From Clostridia bacterium (lineage in GTDB: Bacteria > Bacillota > Clostridia > Monoglobales > Firm-18): DNA of 64,000 nucleotides. The stretch spans positions 86,503 to 150,502 of the forward strand of contig JAZREA010000021.1 of NCBI GenBank assembly GCA_045660545.1. The letters run 5' to 3'. A model generated the notes under the pieces. That model worked only from the letters and a program-made list of their open reading frames with translations, was not told where the DNA came from and did not search any database. Below, piece after piece: positions 9,499-17,805 of this stretch (position 1 is its first letter; every line of letters begins with the position of its first letter). The position numbers were made by a program, and so were the translations under genes.

Positions 9499-9645
9499 AA
9501 ATCGACAAGATTCGATAAGAGTCTTGTCGATTTTACTTTTCACCTATTCACTCTTCACTATTCACTAAGATTGAACTTGTCGATTTGAAGTAATAAGTAA
9601 TATGTAACAGTGAAGAAGTGAGGTGCAAAATCGCAAGCGATTTTG
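9499..9645 (+). repeat. tRNA-trailer repeat, copy after tRNA-Pro
   Basis: Colinear along its length with the reverse complement of 56248-56396, which follows tRNA-Arg. Confidence 0.85.
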
Positions 9646-9738
9646 TTTTAGATTTATATTATATAGTTTAAAAATCAAATTAAGAAACCCTTGCTATTAC
9701 TACATTTACAAGTAAATCCTATAAGAACACTCGCACCA

Positions 9739-9772
9739 AAAAACAACTGATACTTTTGTATCGGTTGTTTTT
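9739..9772. terminator. Intrinsic terminator-like hairpin
   Basis: AAAAACAACTGATAC-tttt-GTATCGGTTGTTTTT followed by a T run. Confidence 0.7.
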
Positions 9773-9906
9773 TTATTTTTAAAAGGGATAACAGGATTTG
9801 AAGCTTAAGAAGGCACAAGACATTTAGGTACATATACAAATTGCTCCATAACTACGATATCATCACGGCATAATGGTTATACTACTAAAAGACTGGAGTG
9901 ATTATT

Positions 9907-11322
9907 ATGCAATTTGTTTATAAAAATCCTTATCTTAAAGGTTTTGTTCCCTATGCACTCGCGGCATTTTTAGTAGGTGTTGTAGGCGGATTTACCGCTG
10001 TTTTGGGACCTGCATTTGTCAGTGATTTAAACTTGCCGTATAACAACACGACGTGGACCGCCTTAGCTATGTCGGCCTCCACAGCAGCGTTCGCCCCAAT
10101 ACTCGGCAAGCTTGGTGACGCAATAGGAAGGCAGACAACGCTATTGATTGGTATCGCAATTTTCGCCCTCGGCAACATCCTTACGGCGATAGCGCCATCG
10201 CTATTTTTCATGATTATTGCCCGCTTTATTGTAGGAATCGGGACTGCAGCTATTGCGCCGGTTGTAATGTCATACATTGTAACAGAGTTTCCGCGTGAGA
10301 AAATAGCAAAGGGGTTTTCGTTATATATGCTTATTTCAAGCGGTGCGGTAATTTTTGGCCCTACAATCGGCGGCGTGCTTATTGAATTTTACGGCTGGAG
10401 AGTAATGATGTGGGTATGCGTTGCAATTTCCGCAATTATATTTTCCCTTTGCCTTGTGATGTACAAAAAAGAGGAACGAATCCTAAGGCCGCTTACGGAT
10501 TTTGACGGAATAGGCTCTGTGTGGGTTTTGATTTTCTTTACTCTTATGCTTTGTCTGCCGTCATTTGGTCAGAATTTTGGGGTTAGGTCGATGTGGTTTA
10601 TCGTTATTTTAATTGCATCGGTTATTTCCTTTGCCGGCCTGATTTATGCAGAAAAAAGAGCGGCAAATCCGATTCTCAGCTGGAAATTTATGAAAAGGAA
10701 AAAGTTTTTCCTCTCAGTTTTGGCTCTGTTTTTGACTCAGGGGCTTATGCAGGCGAATATGACAAATATGATTGTTTTTATCAACTACACCCAGCCTGAC
10801 AACACTATTATTTCCAGCTATGCAATTTCAATTATGTATATCGGAATGTCGATTGGTTCTGTTGTTTTAGGCCCATTGGCAGACCGCAAGGAGCCGAAAA
10901 AAGTCTTGGCCGTTTCGCTGACGCTTACGGGGATAGGGTGTGCGATAATGCTTTTGTTTGCTGCACAAACCTCGGTGATTATACTCGCTGCTTCACTTGG
11001 GATTTTAGGCTTTGGGCTTGGCGGAAACGCCGCAATATTTATGAAGGTGGTGCTTTTTGGTGTGCCTTCCGAAACTGCGGGGGCGGGAACGGGAACTTAC
11101 GGGCTGTTCCGTGACCTTGCTGCGCCCTTTGGGGTTGCAATTTTCGTACCTCTTTTTACAAACAGAGTAACAAGCCTGATAAATACAGGAGCAAATCAAG
11201 TAAACGCCGCGTTAGCTTCCGTAAAATTCCTTGCCATGGCGGAAATTCTTTGCGTAGTTTTAGGGATTGCCACAGTGCTGTTCCTGCCTCAAATTTATAC
11301 CCAAAAAGGAGAAAAAGTATGA
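9907..11322 (+). CDS. baiG: MFS transporter (about 14 TM), BaiG-like bile acid importer
   Basis: Strings GGFTAVLGPAFV, YNNTTW, APILGKLGD, ARFIVGIGTAAI, LYMLISSGAV, YTQPDN, GTGTYGLFRD match my recollection of Clostridium scindens BaiG. ATG at 9907 lies 8 nt after GGAG. Confidence 0.8.
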   Translation: MQFVYKNPYLKGFVPYALAAFLVGVVGGFTAVLGPAFVSDLNLPYNNTTWTALAMSASTAAFAPILGKLGDAIGRQTTLLIGIAIFALGNILTAIAPSLFFMIIARFIVGIGTAAIAPVVMSYIVTEFPREKIAKGFSLYMLISSGAVIFGPTIGGVLIEFYGWRVMMWVCVAISAIIFSLCLVMYKKEERILRPLTDFDGIGSVWVLIFFTLMLCLPSFGQNFGVRSMWFIVILIASVISFAGLIYAEKRAANPILSWKFMKRKKFFLSVLALFLTQGLMQANMTNMIVFINYTQPDNTIISSYAISIMYIGMSIGSVVLGPLADRKEPKKVLAVSLTLTGIGCAIMLLFAAQTSVIILAASLGILGFGLGGNAAIFMKVVLFGVPSETAGAGTGTYGLFRDLAAPFGVAIFVPLFTNRVTSLINTGANQVNAALASVKFLAMAEILCVVLGIATVLFLPQIYTQKGEKV

Positions 11323-12116
11323 GATTAAAAGATAAAGTTGCTTTAATTACTGCCTCAACACGAGGAATTGGACTTGCCATTACCAAAGCCTTTGCCAAAG
11401 AAGGTGCTTTGGTCTATATGGCGGCGAGAAATTTAGAGCTTGCAAAGCAGGAGGCTGACAAGCTGTGTTCGGAAGGCTTTGCAGTAAAATATGTTTATAA
11501 CGATGCAAGCAAGCCGGAGTCGTATAAAACCATGACAGACGAAGTTATAAAATATGCGGGACGTATTGACGTTCTGGTCAACAACTTCGGCACTTCAAAC
11601 CCGGGAAAAGACCTTGACTTTTCAAACACCGACCCGGACGTTTTCTTCGACATTGTAAATATTAATTTAAAAAGTGTATTTCTTGCGAGCAAGGAAGCCG
11701 CAAAGCATATGGCAAAAAACGGCGGCGGAAGTATTATAAACATATCGTCTGTGGGTGGTCTTGTTCCTGATATCTCGCAGATTGCATACGGAACCAGTAA
11801 GGCTGCTATTAATTACCTGACAAAGCTAATCGCCGTACACGAAGCGAAAAACAACATTCGGTGCAACGCAATCCTGCCCGGTATGACCGCAACCGACGCG
11901 GTAGAAAAAAATCTTTCACAGGATTTTAAGGAACTGTTTACACGCCACATTCCGTTTAAAAGGATGGGTACTCCCGAAGAAATTGCATCAGCCGCTGTGT
12001 ATTTTGCATCGGACGATTCTGCTTATACAACAGGGCAGATACTGACAGTCTCAGGCGGTTTCGGCCTGGCAACCCCGGTGTACACAGAGCTGTCGGAAAA
12101 ACTAAACCGCAGATAA
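11319..12116 (+). CDS. hdhA: SDR, NADP-dependent 7alpha-hydroxysteroid dehydrogenase-like
   Basis: MRLKDKV, TASTRGIG, VNNFG, catalytic YGTSK in PDISQIAYGTSKAAINYLTKLIAVHEA, YTTGQILTVSGGFGLATP match my recollection of C. scindens 7alpha-HSDH. ATGA overlap with the baiG-like stop; AAGGAG RBS. Confidence 0.82.
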   Translation: MRLKDKVALITASTRGIGLAITKAFAKEGALVYMAARNLELAKQEADKLCSEGFAVKYVYNDASKPESYKTMTDEVIKYAGRIDVLVNNFGTSNPGKDLDFSNTDPDVFFDIVNINLKSVFLASKEAAKHMAKNGGGSIINISSVGGLVPDISQIAYGTSKAAINYLTKLIAVHEAKNNIRCNAILPGMTATDAVEKNLSQDFKELFTRHIPFKRMGTPEEIASAAVYFASDDSAYTTGQILTVSGGFGLATPVYTELSEKLNRR

Positions 12117-12154
12117 AAAAACGCATATTTTAATCCGCGTAGATAAAAATTTAT

Positions 12155-12190
12155 AAAAAAAAGACTATTCTTACGAATAGTCTTTTTTTT
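12155..12190. terminator. Bidirectional terminator between the SDR gene and the tRNA cluster
   Basis: AAAAAAAAGACTATTC-ttac-GAATAGTCTTTTTTTT. Confidence 0.85.
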
Positions 12191-12265
12191 GGTGGAAGTT
12201 ATAGGGATCGAACCTATGACCCTCTGCTTGTAAGGCAGATGCTCTCCCAGCTGAGCTAAACTTCC
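12190..12265 (-). tRNA. tRNA-Val(TAC)
   Basis: GGAAGTT/AACTTCC acceptor stem, anticodon loop CT-TAC-AA, CCA. Confidence 0.96.
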
Positions 12266-12271
12266 AAAGTA

Positions 12272-12346
12272 TGGTGACCCGTAGGAGAATCGAACTCCTA
12301 TCTTCGCCGTGAAAGGGCGATGTCTTAACCGTTTGACCAACGGGCC
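12272..12346 (-). tRNA. tRNA-Glu(TTC)
   Basis: GGCCCGT/ACGGGTC acceptor stem, TCGCC-CT-TTC-AC-GGCGA, CCA. Confidence 0.96.
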
Positions 12347-12349
12347 ATC

Positions 12350-12426
12350 TGGTAGCGGCAAGTGGATTTGAACCACTGACCTAACGGGTATGAACCGTTT
12401 GCTCTAGCCAGCTGAGCTATGCCGCC
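12350..12426 (-). tRNA. tRNA-Met(CAT), elongator type
   Basis: GGCGGCA/TGCCGCT acceptor stem, AACGG-TT-CAT-AC-CCGTT. Resembles the Firmicute elongator Met rather than fMet or Ile2. Confidence 0.9.
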
Positions 12427-12458
12427 ATAAATGCAGTCGCATTCCAGCGACGAGTTTT

Positions 12459-12487
12459 ATTATATAACATTTTTATGTGTTTGTCAA
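12459..12487 (-). promoter_or_regulatory. Sigma-A promoter of the Met-Glu-Val tRNA cluster
   Basis: TTGACA-17-TATAAT. Confidence 0.85.
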
Positions 12488-12547
12488 CACTTTTTTATAT
12501 TTTTTTACGATATTGCAGGTTTTATCCTGCAATATCGTAAATATTTA

Positions 12548-14410
12548 TTATTTTTCTTCGTCTGCAACTACCGATTTTTCGTCATCCTTGTTGCCGTCAG
12601 CGCCCTTTGTGAACAGTTCTTCAAACCTTTCGGAGTCGATAGTTTCCTTTTCCAAAAGCTCCTCTGCAACAAGTTTTAGCTTATCCATATTCTGAGACAG
12701 AAGTGTTGTACAACGCTCATAAGCGTCGTCAATAATCTTTTTAATCTCAGCGTCAATTTGTGCCGCAACCTGCTCGCTGTAATCCTGTGTTCTGGAATAG
12801 TCCCTGCCGATAAACACTTCTGAGTTAGAAGATCCAAACGTCATAGGCCCTAACTTTTCGCTCATACCGTACTTAACGACCATGTTTTTAGCGATAGCGG
12901 TCGCACGCTCTATGTCGTTGGAAGCGCCTGTCGAGATGTCGTCCATAGTCAATGTCTCTGCAACACGTCCGCCAAGCAAGGTAACGATGTTATCCATCAT
13001 CTCGCGCCTAGAAGCGTAGAATTTATCCTTTTCAGGAAGCGAAAGTGTGTATCCGCCCGCTCTTCCTCTCGGGATGATCGAAATCTGATGTACCGGATCC
13101 TGCGACGGCAAAAGCCTTGTCGCAATAGCGTGGCCTGCCTCGTGGTAAGCCGTAAGCTTACGCTCGTGCTCGGTAATTACTCTGGTCTTTTTCTCAGGGC
13201 CTGCAATTACCTTTATAATCGCGTCTTCAAACTCGCTCATTGTGATTATCTTCTTGCCTCTGCGTGCAGCCAGAAGAGCCGCCTCGTTAGACAAGTTTTC
13301 AAGGTCTGCGCCAGAAAAACCGGCAGTCGTTTTAGCCAAAACGTCAAGCTTTACGTCGTCCGCCAAAGGCTTTTTCGCAGTGTGAACCTTTAAGATATCC
13401 TCTCTGCCCTTAACGTCAGGAGTTCCGACCACAATCTGACGGTCAAAACGGCCCGGTCTTAAAAGGGCGGGGTCTAATATGTCAGGACGGTTAGTCGCAG
13501 CGACTATAATTGTTCCCTGGTTTTCGCCAAAGCCGTCCATTTCAACCAAAAGCTGATTAAGCGTCTGCTCACGCTCGTCGTGTCCGCCGCCAAGGCCTGC
13601 GCCTCTGTGACGGCCTACTGCATCTATTTCGTCGATAAATACGATAGCTGCGGGGTGCTTTTTAGCCTGTTCGAACAAGTCTCTTACACGCGAAGCTCCG
13701 ACACCGACAAACATCTCTACAAAGTCCGAACCCGATATGCTGAAAAACGGCACACCTGCCTCGCCTGCAACGGCCTTTGCAAGCAATGTTTTACCCGTTC
13801 CCGGAGGGCCTACAAGAAGTATTCCCCTCGGTATTCTTGCGCCGAGCTCTCTGAATTTTGCAGGGTTTTTCAAAAACTCTACGATTTCCGCAAGCTCTTC
13901 CTTTTCTTCCTCTGCACCTGCCACATCTTTAAACGTGTGCTTTTTGTCATTTTCGTTTACCATTCTGGCCTTGGTCTTGCCAAAGGACATAACCTTGCCT
14001 CCGCCGTTGGACTGGCCCATAAACGAAAGCCAAAAGAAAATGAAAATCGCTACCATAATCACCGTCGGCAAAATGCTTATCCACCACGGGGTCTCCGCAG
14101 GTGCCTGATAATCTATCACCTCGATTTTGCCTTCGTCCATCTGCTTACGTAAAACGTCTCCAAGGTCCGCGTAGAACTGTTCCACCGGAGGGATACTTAC
14201 CTCCATGCTTGTTCCGTTGGCCAAAATCGCAGTAGCGCTTCGGTCTACCACCGTAAGACTCGTTACGTTTTCGTTTACAACCTCTGTATATAAGTCATTA
14301 TAGGTCTTTACATCTTCTGTCGGGATTGACATATACATGGTAAAAATAACCATTATAACAGCAAACAACAAAATGTAAAACCCGATGCTTTTCATATACT
14401 TTTTCATCAC
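12548..14410 (-). CDS. ftsH: ATP-dependent zinc metalloprotease FtsH
   Basis: Two N-terminal TM helices, [28 protein letters not shown]. Confidence 0.97.
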   Translation of the reverse strand: MMKKYMKSIGFYILLFAVIMVIFTMYMSIPTEDVKTYNDLYTEVVNENVTSLTVVDRSATAILANGTSMEVSIPPVEQFYADLGDVLRKQMDEGKIEVIDYQAPAETPWWISILPTVIMVAIFIFFWLSFMGQSNGGGKVMSFGKTKARMVNENDKKHTFKDVAGAEEEKEELAEIVEFLKNPAKFRELGARIPRGILLVGPPGTGKTLLAKAVAGEAGVPFFSISGSDFVEMFVGVGASRVRDLFEQAKKHPAAIVFIDEIDAVGRHRGAGLGGGHDEREQTLNQLLVEMDGFGENQGTIIVAATNRPDILDPALLRPGRFDRQIVVGTPDVKGREDILKVHTAKKPLADDVKLDVLAKTTAGFSGADLENLSNEAALLAARRGKKIITMSEFEDAIIKVIAGPEKKTRVITEHERKLTAYHEAGHAIATRLLPSQDPVHQISIIPRGRAGGYTLSLPEKDKFYASRREMMDNIVTLLGGRVAETLTMDDISTGASNDIERATAIAKNMVVKYGMSEKLGPMTFGSSNSEVFIGRDYSRTQDYSEQVAAQIDAEIKKIIDDAYERCTTLLSQNMDKLKLVAEELLEKETIDSERFEELFTKGADGNKDDEKSVVADEEK

Positions 14411-14474
14411 ATCACCTCATGCCTATTATTATTTACATAAAAAGCTATAATTAAAAGTCCTTTAATAAACAGCA

Positions 14475-15023
14475 TTATTTATTTTCGTACGCTTCCCTGG
14501 GCAAAATGCCGATGTACGGCAAGTTGCGGTACTTTTGTGCATAGTCAAGACCGTAACCAACTATAAACTCGTCCGGAATTTCAAAGCCAAGGTAATCTAT
14601 ATCAATCGGTACTAATCTTCTTGAAGGCTTGCTGAGCATTGCGGCAATTTTTACGCTTCTTGCGCCCTTTAATTCCAAAAGCTCTTTAATCTTAGTAAGC
14701 GTAAGGCCGGTGTCTACTATGTCCTCCACCACTATAACATCTTTATCGGATATGTCAAGAGATACGTCCCTTTTAATATTAATTGTTCCTGTCGAATCGG
14801 TACCTTCTCCGTAGCTTGAAGCCTCCATAACGTCAAGGTATGTATCCATTTTTAATTTTCTTATTAAATCTGCTGCAAAAGGTATGCTGCCCTTTAACAC
14901 AGGAATAACTATTACAGGAGTATCGCCGTAATCGAGATTAATCTGCTCGCCAAGCTCCTCTACCCTTTCTTGAATCTGCTGCTCTGTAAACAGTACCTCT
15001 ATCAAAATCTTGTTGTCTGTCAT
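14475..15023 (-). CDS. hpt: Hypoxanthine phosphoribosyltransferase
   Basis: VLKGS, VVEDIVDTGLTL, FIVGYGLDY. Confidence 0.95.
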   Translation of the reverse strand: MTDNKILIEVLFTEQQIQERVEELGEQINLDYGDTPVIVIPVLKGSIPFAADLIRKLKMDTYLDVMEASSYGEGTDSTGTINIKRDVSLDISDKDVIVVEDIVDTGLTLTKIKELLELKGARSVKIAAMLSKPSRRLVPIDIDYLGFEIPDEFIVGYGLDYAQKYRNLPYIGILPREAYENK

Positions 15024-15982
15024 ATTACCAGTTCTCCTTTTTCAACTTTGACAATTCTTCCTCCGGGGAGCGATTTGTGCTTGCCTCCTTCTGCACGGTC
15101 GGCAATTTTTAATATTTCGTCTATATGCGAAAGGCATACCTGATTATCTCCCGCCACTTCTTCAAGGGCGATACGCACAATTCTGCGTTTTAAAGATATA
15201 TTTAGCTTGTTAAATTCACTAAGCTTTATGCACTTTTTGTCTTCCTTTGGAGTTATAATCCTTTTCGCCTCGGCACGCGCAATTTCTTCCAAAAAAGCGT
15301 CGTCCGCAGAAAGCACATCCATCGTCCTTACAAGGCTTGAAAGGCTGCACCTTTTAAGCAACTGCGGCATAATATTGTGTCTTACGTCGTTTCGGCTGTA
15401 ATCGTCGCTGTCGTTTGTAACGTCGTGCCGATGGGGGACACTGTTTATGGCACAGTATTTTTCAATATCTTCCCTTTTAGTCTCAACAAGCGGGCGTATA
15501 ATATTGCCATTAACAGGGCGTATCCCTGTAAGGCCTGTAAGTCCGCTTCCTCTCATAAGGTGCATGAGCATACTCTCTGCACTGTCGTTGGCGTTGTGGG
15601 CTGTTGCAATTTTGGCGTTTTCAAACTTACTTGCAACTTCATCTAAAAAACCATATCTTAAAAGCCTGCCCGCCGTCTCAAAGGACAGCTTGTTTTTTTC
15701 GGCATACTCCGAGACATTAATTTTCACAGTATAGGCCTGTATGCCAAGCCTTTTTGCAAATTCAGCCACAAAGGCCTCGTCCGAGTCGGCTTCTTTTCGG
15801 AGCATATGGTTTACATGAGCACAACAAAGTTCAAAGCCTCTTATGCGTTTTAGGTTGTTAAGCACGTTTAGCATACACATAGAGTCGTAGCCGCCCGATA
15901 CCGCCGCAACAACCATATCCCCGCTATGAACCATATTATATTTATCAATTAATTCAAGAATATGCTGTTCAAAAACATTCAT
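15020..15982 (-). CDS. tilS: tRNA(Ile)-lysidine synthetase (short form)
   Basis: SGGYDS PP-loop, TAHNAND, IRPL, DVTN, RNDVRH. Directly upstream of hpt. Confidence 0.92.
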   Translation of the reverse strand: MNVFEQHILELIDKYNMVHSGDMVVAAVSGGYDSMCMLNVLNNLKRIRGFELCCAHVNHMLRKEADSDEAFVAEFAKRLGIQAYTVKINVSEYAEKNKLSFETAGRLLRYGFLDEVASKFENAKIATAHNANDSAESMLMHLMRGSGLTGLTGIRPVNGNIIRPLVETKREDIEKYCAINSVPHRHDVTNDSDDYSRNDVRHNIMPQLLKRCSLSSLVRTMDVLSADDAFLEEIARAEAKRIITPKEDKKCIKLSEFNKLNISLKRRIVRIALEEVAGDNQVCLSHIDEILKIADRAEGGKHKSLPGGRIVKVEKGELVI

Positions 15983-17319
15983 TACATTTCCTCGTGCTGA
16001 TAATCAATATTGCTGAATTTTGTAAATTCTCCCTGCCAGCCTAAGTGAACTGTACCTGTTTCACCGTTTCTGTTTTTAGCTATTATAACCTCGGCTTCGT
16101 TAGGGTTAGCCTCCTTATTATAGTAGCTGTCTCGATAAAGCATCATTACAACGTCTGCGTCCTGCTCTATCGCACCCGATTCACGAAGGTCGGAAAGCAT
16201 AGGCCTTTTGTCTGTACGTCCCTCGCTCGCACGGCTAAGCTGCGACAAAGCGATAACAGGAACGTCTAAGTCCTTCGCAATCATTTTAAGCTCTCTGGAA
16301 ATCGCAGTAATCTCTTGCTGACGGTTTTCAGTTCTTCTTGACGACTGCATAAGCTGAATGTGGTCGACAACGATAAGGTCAAGCCCACGCTCTGCCATCA
16401 GCCTGCGGCACTTCGCCCTTATATCGATTGGAGAAACCGCAGCGGTGTCGTCAACATATATATCAGCCTGCGACACCAGCGAAAGCGCAGTGGTAATTCG
16501 GCTCCAGTCGTTTGGCTGCATACCGCCGTTTCTTATCTTGGAAAGCTCTACCAAAGCTTCAGAAAACCATATTCTGTTAACTATTTCCTCGCTGCTCATC
16601 TCTAAGCTAAACACAGCGACCTTCGCCTTTACCTTCATAGCGGCATAGTGCGCAATATTAAGCGCAAACGAGGTCTTACCCATAGACGGACGCGCCGCTA
16701 TAAGTATCAAATTAGCCTTGTTAAGTCCTGAGATTTTGTCATCTATCCTATCAAATCCTGTTGGAAGTCCTGTAATCTTTTTATCACTTGCCGCAATCTC
16801 CGAAATATGTGAAAAGCTGACTGACAAAAGGTCACGAATGGGCGCAAAGCCGCTCATATCTCTGTTTTGTGACACCTCAAAAATTTCTTGCTCGGACATA
16901 TCGAGGATTGTAGCCGTCTCTTCCTTGCCCTCGTATGCAAGCTGGGATATCTTATCCGAAGCGTTAATCAGCCTTCTTCTAAGAGCGTAGTCGGAAACAA
17001 TCTTTGCGTGATACTTTACATTGGCGCTGGTTGTGACAGAGTTTGCAATATCCGCAAGATAAAGCTCACCTCCGATTTTCTCAAAGGTGCCTCTGTATTT
17101 AAGCCTTTCGGCAACAGTAATCACGTCAACGGGCCTGTCAAGGTTGAAAAGGTCCATTATAGCTTCAAATATTTCCTTGTTGCGCGGGTCGTAAAAGTCG
17201 CCCACTTTTACAGTCGAAATTACAGACGCCAGACATTCGCGGTCCATAAATATCGAACCTAATACCGACTGCTCTGCTATGGAGTTGTACGGGGTTATTC
17301 TGTCTATATGTTCGTCCAT
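15982..17319 (-). CDS. dnaB: Replicative DNA helicase
   Basis: AEQSVLG, AARPSMGKT, FSLEM, VDHIQL, LSQLSR, LSDLRESGAIEQDAD, KNRNG. Confidence 0.97.
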   Translation of the reverse strand: MDEHIDRITPYNSIAEQSVLGSIFMDRECLASVISTVKVGDFYDPRNKEIFEAIMDLFNLDRPVDVITVAERLKYRGTFEKIGGELYLADIANSVTTSANVKYHAKIVSDYALRRRLINASDKISQLAYEGKEETATILDMSEQEIFEVSQNRDMSGFAPIRDLLSVSFSHISEIAASDKKITGLPTGFDRIDDKISGLNKANLILIAARPSMGKTSFALNIAHYAAMKVKAKVAVFSLEMSSEEIVNRIWFSEALVELSKIRNGGMQPNDWSRITTALSLVSQADIYVDDTAAVSPIDIRAKCRRLMAERGLDLIVVDHIQLMQSSRRTENRQQEITAISRELKMIAKDLDVPVIALSQLSRASEGRTDKRPMLSDLRESGAIEQDADVVMMLYRDSYYNKEANPNEAEVIIAKNRNGETGTVHLGWQGEFTKFSNIDYQHEEM

Positions 17320-17346
17320 ATGACTTCACTCACTTTCAAAAAACTT

Positions 17347-17793
17347 TTACTCTGTTTCCAAAATTACGGTAACCTTTGTTGTAACCTCGGGATGAAGCTT
17401 GATTTTAACCTCGTGAGTGCCGACTGTCTTTATTCCGTCTTTTAGGTCGAACCACCTTTTATCAAGCTTGATTTTGTGCTGCTTTTCGATTTCGTCCGCT
17501 ATGTTCATCGAAGTTACAGAGCCAAAGAGCTTGCCTCCTGCCCCTGCCTTTGTCTTGATTTTTACCGAAAGGTCTCCAAGCCTCTTTGCAAGGTCCACCG
17601 CCGTATCGTATGCAACCTCTTTTTTATGGGCGATGGAGTCTTCCTTGCCCTTTAATATGTTCATGTTTGCAGCAGTAGCCTCAACAGCCAGCCCCTTGGG
17701 GAGCAGCGCATTTCTCGCAAAGCCGTCTGCCACATTTATTATCTGGCCCTTTTTACCCGAGCCCTTTACGTCCTTTAACAATATAACCTTCAT
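17347..17793 (-). CDS. rplI: 50S ribosomal protein L9
   Basis: [37 protein letters not shown]. Confidence 0.97.
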   Translation of the reverse strand: MKVILLKDVKGSGKKGQIINVADGFARNALLPKGLAVEATAANMNILKGKEDSIAHKKEVAYDTAVDLAKRLGDLSVKIKTKAGAGGKLFGSVTSMNIADEIEKQHKIKLDKRWFDLKDGIKTVGTHEVKIKLHPEVTTKVTVILETE

Positions 17794-17805
17794 AATTAAT
17801 CACCC

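Noticed and set aside
9535-9625. Heptamer runs considered as a CRISPR array
   Set aside because: No constant 25-40-bp repeat with unique spacers, and no cas genes.
12023-12376. 117-aa ORF across the Val/Glu tRNAs, and similar ORFs at 45765-45965 and 46022-46273
   Set aside because: These are translations of tRNA genes.
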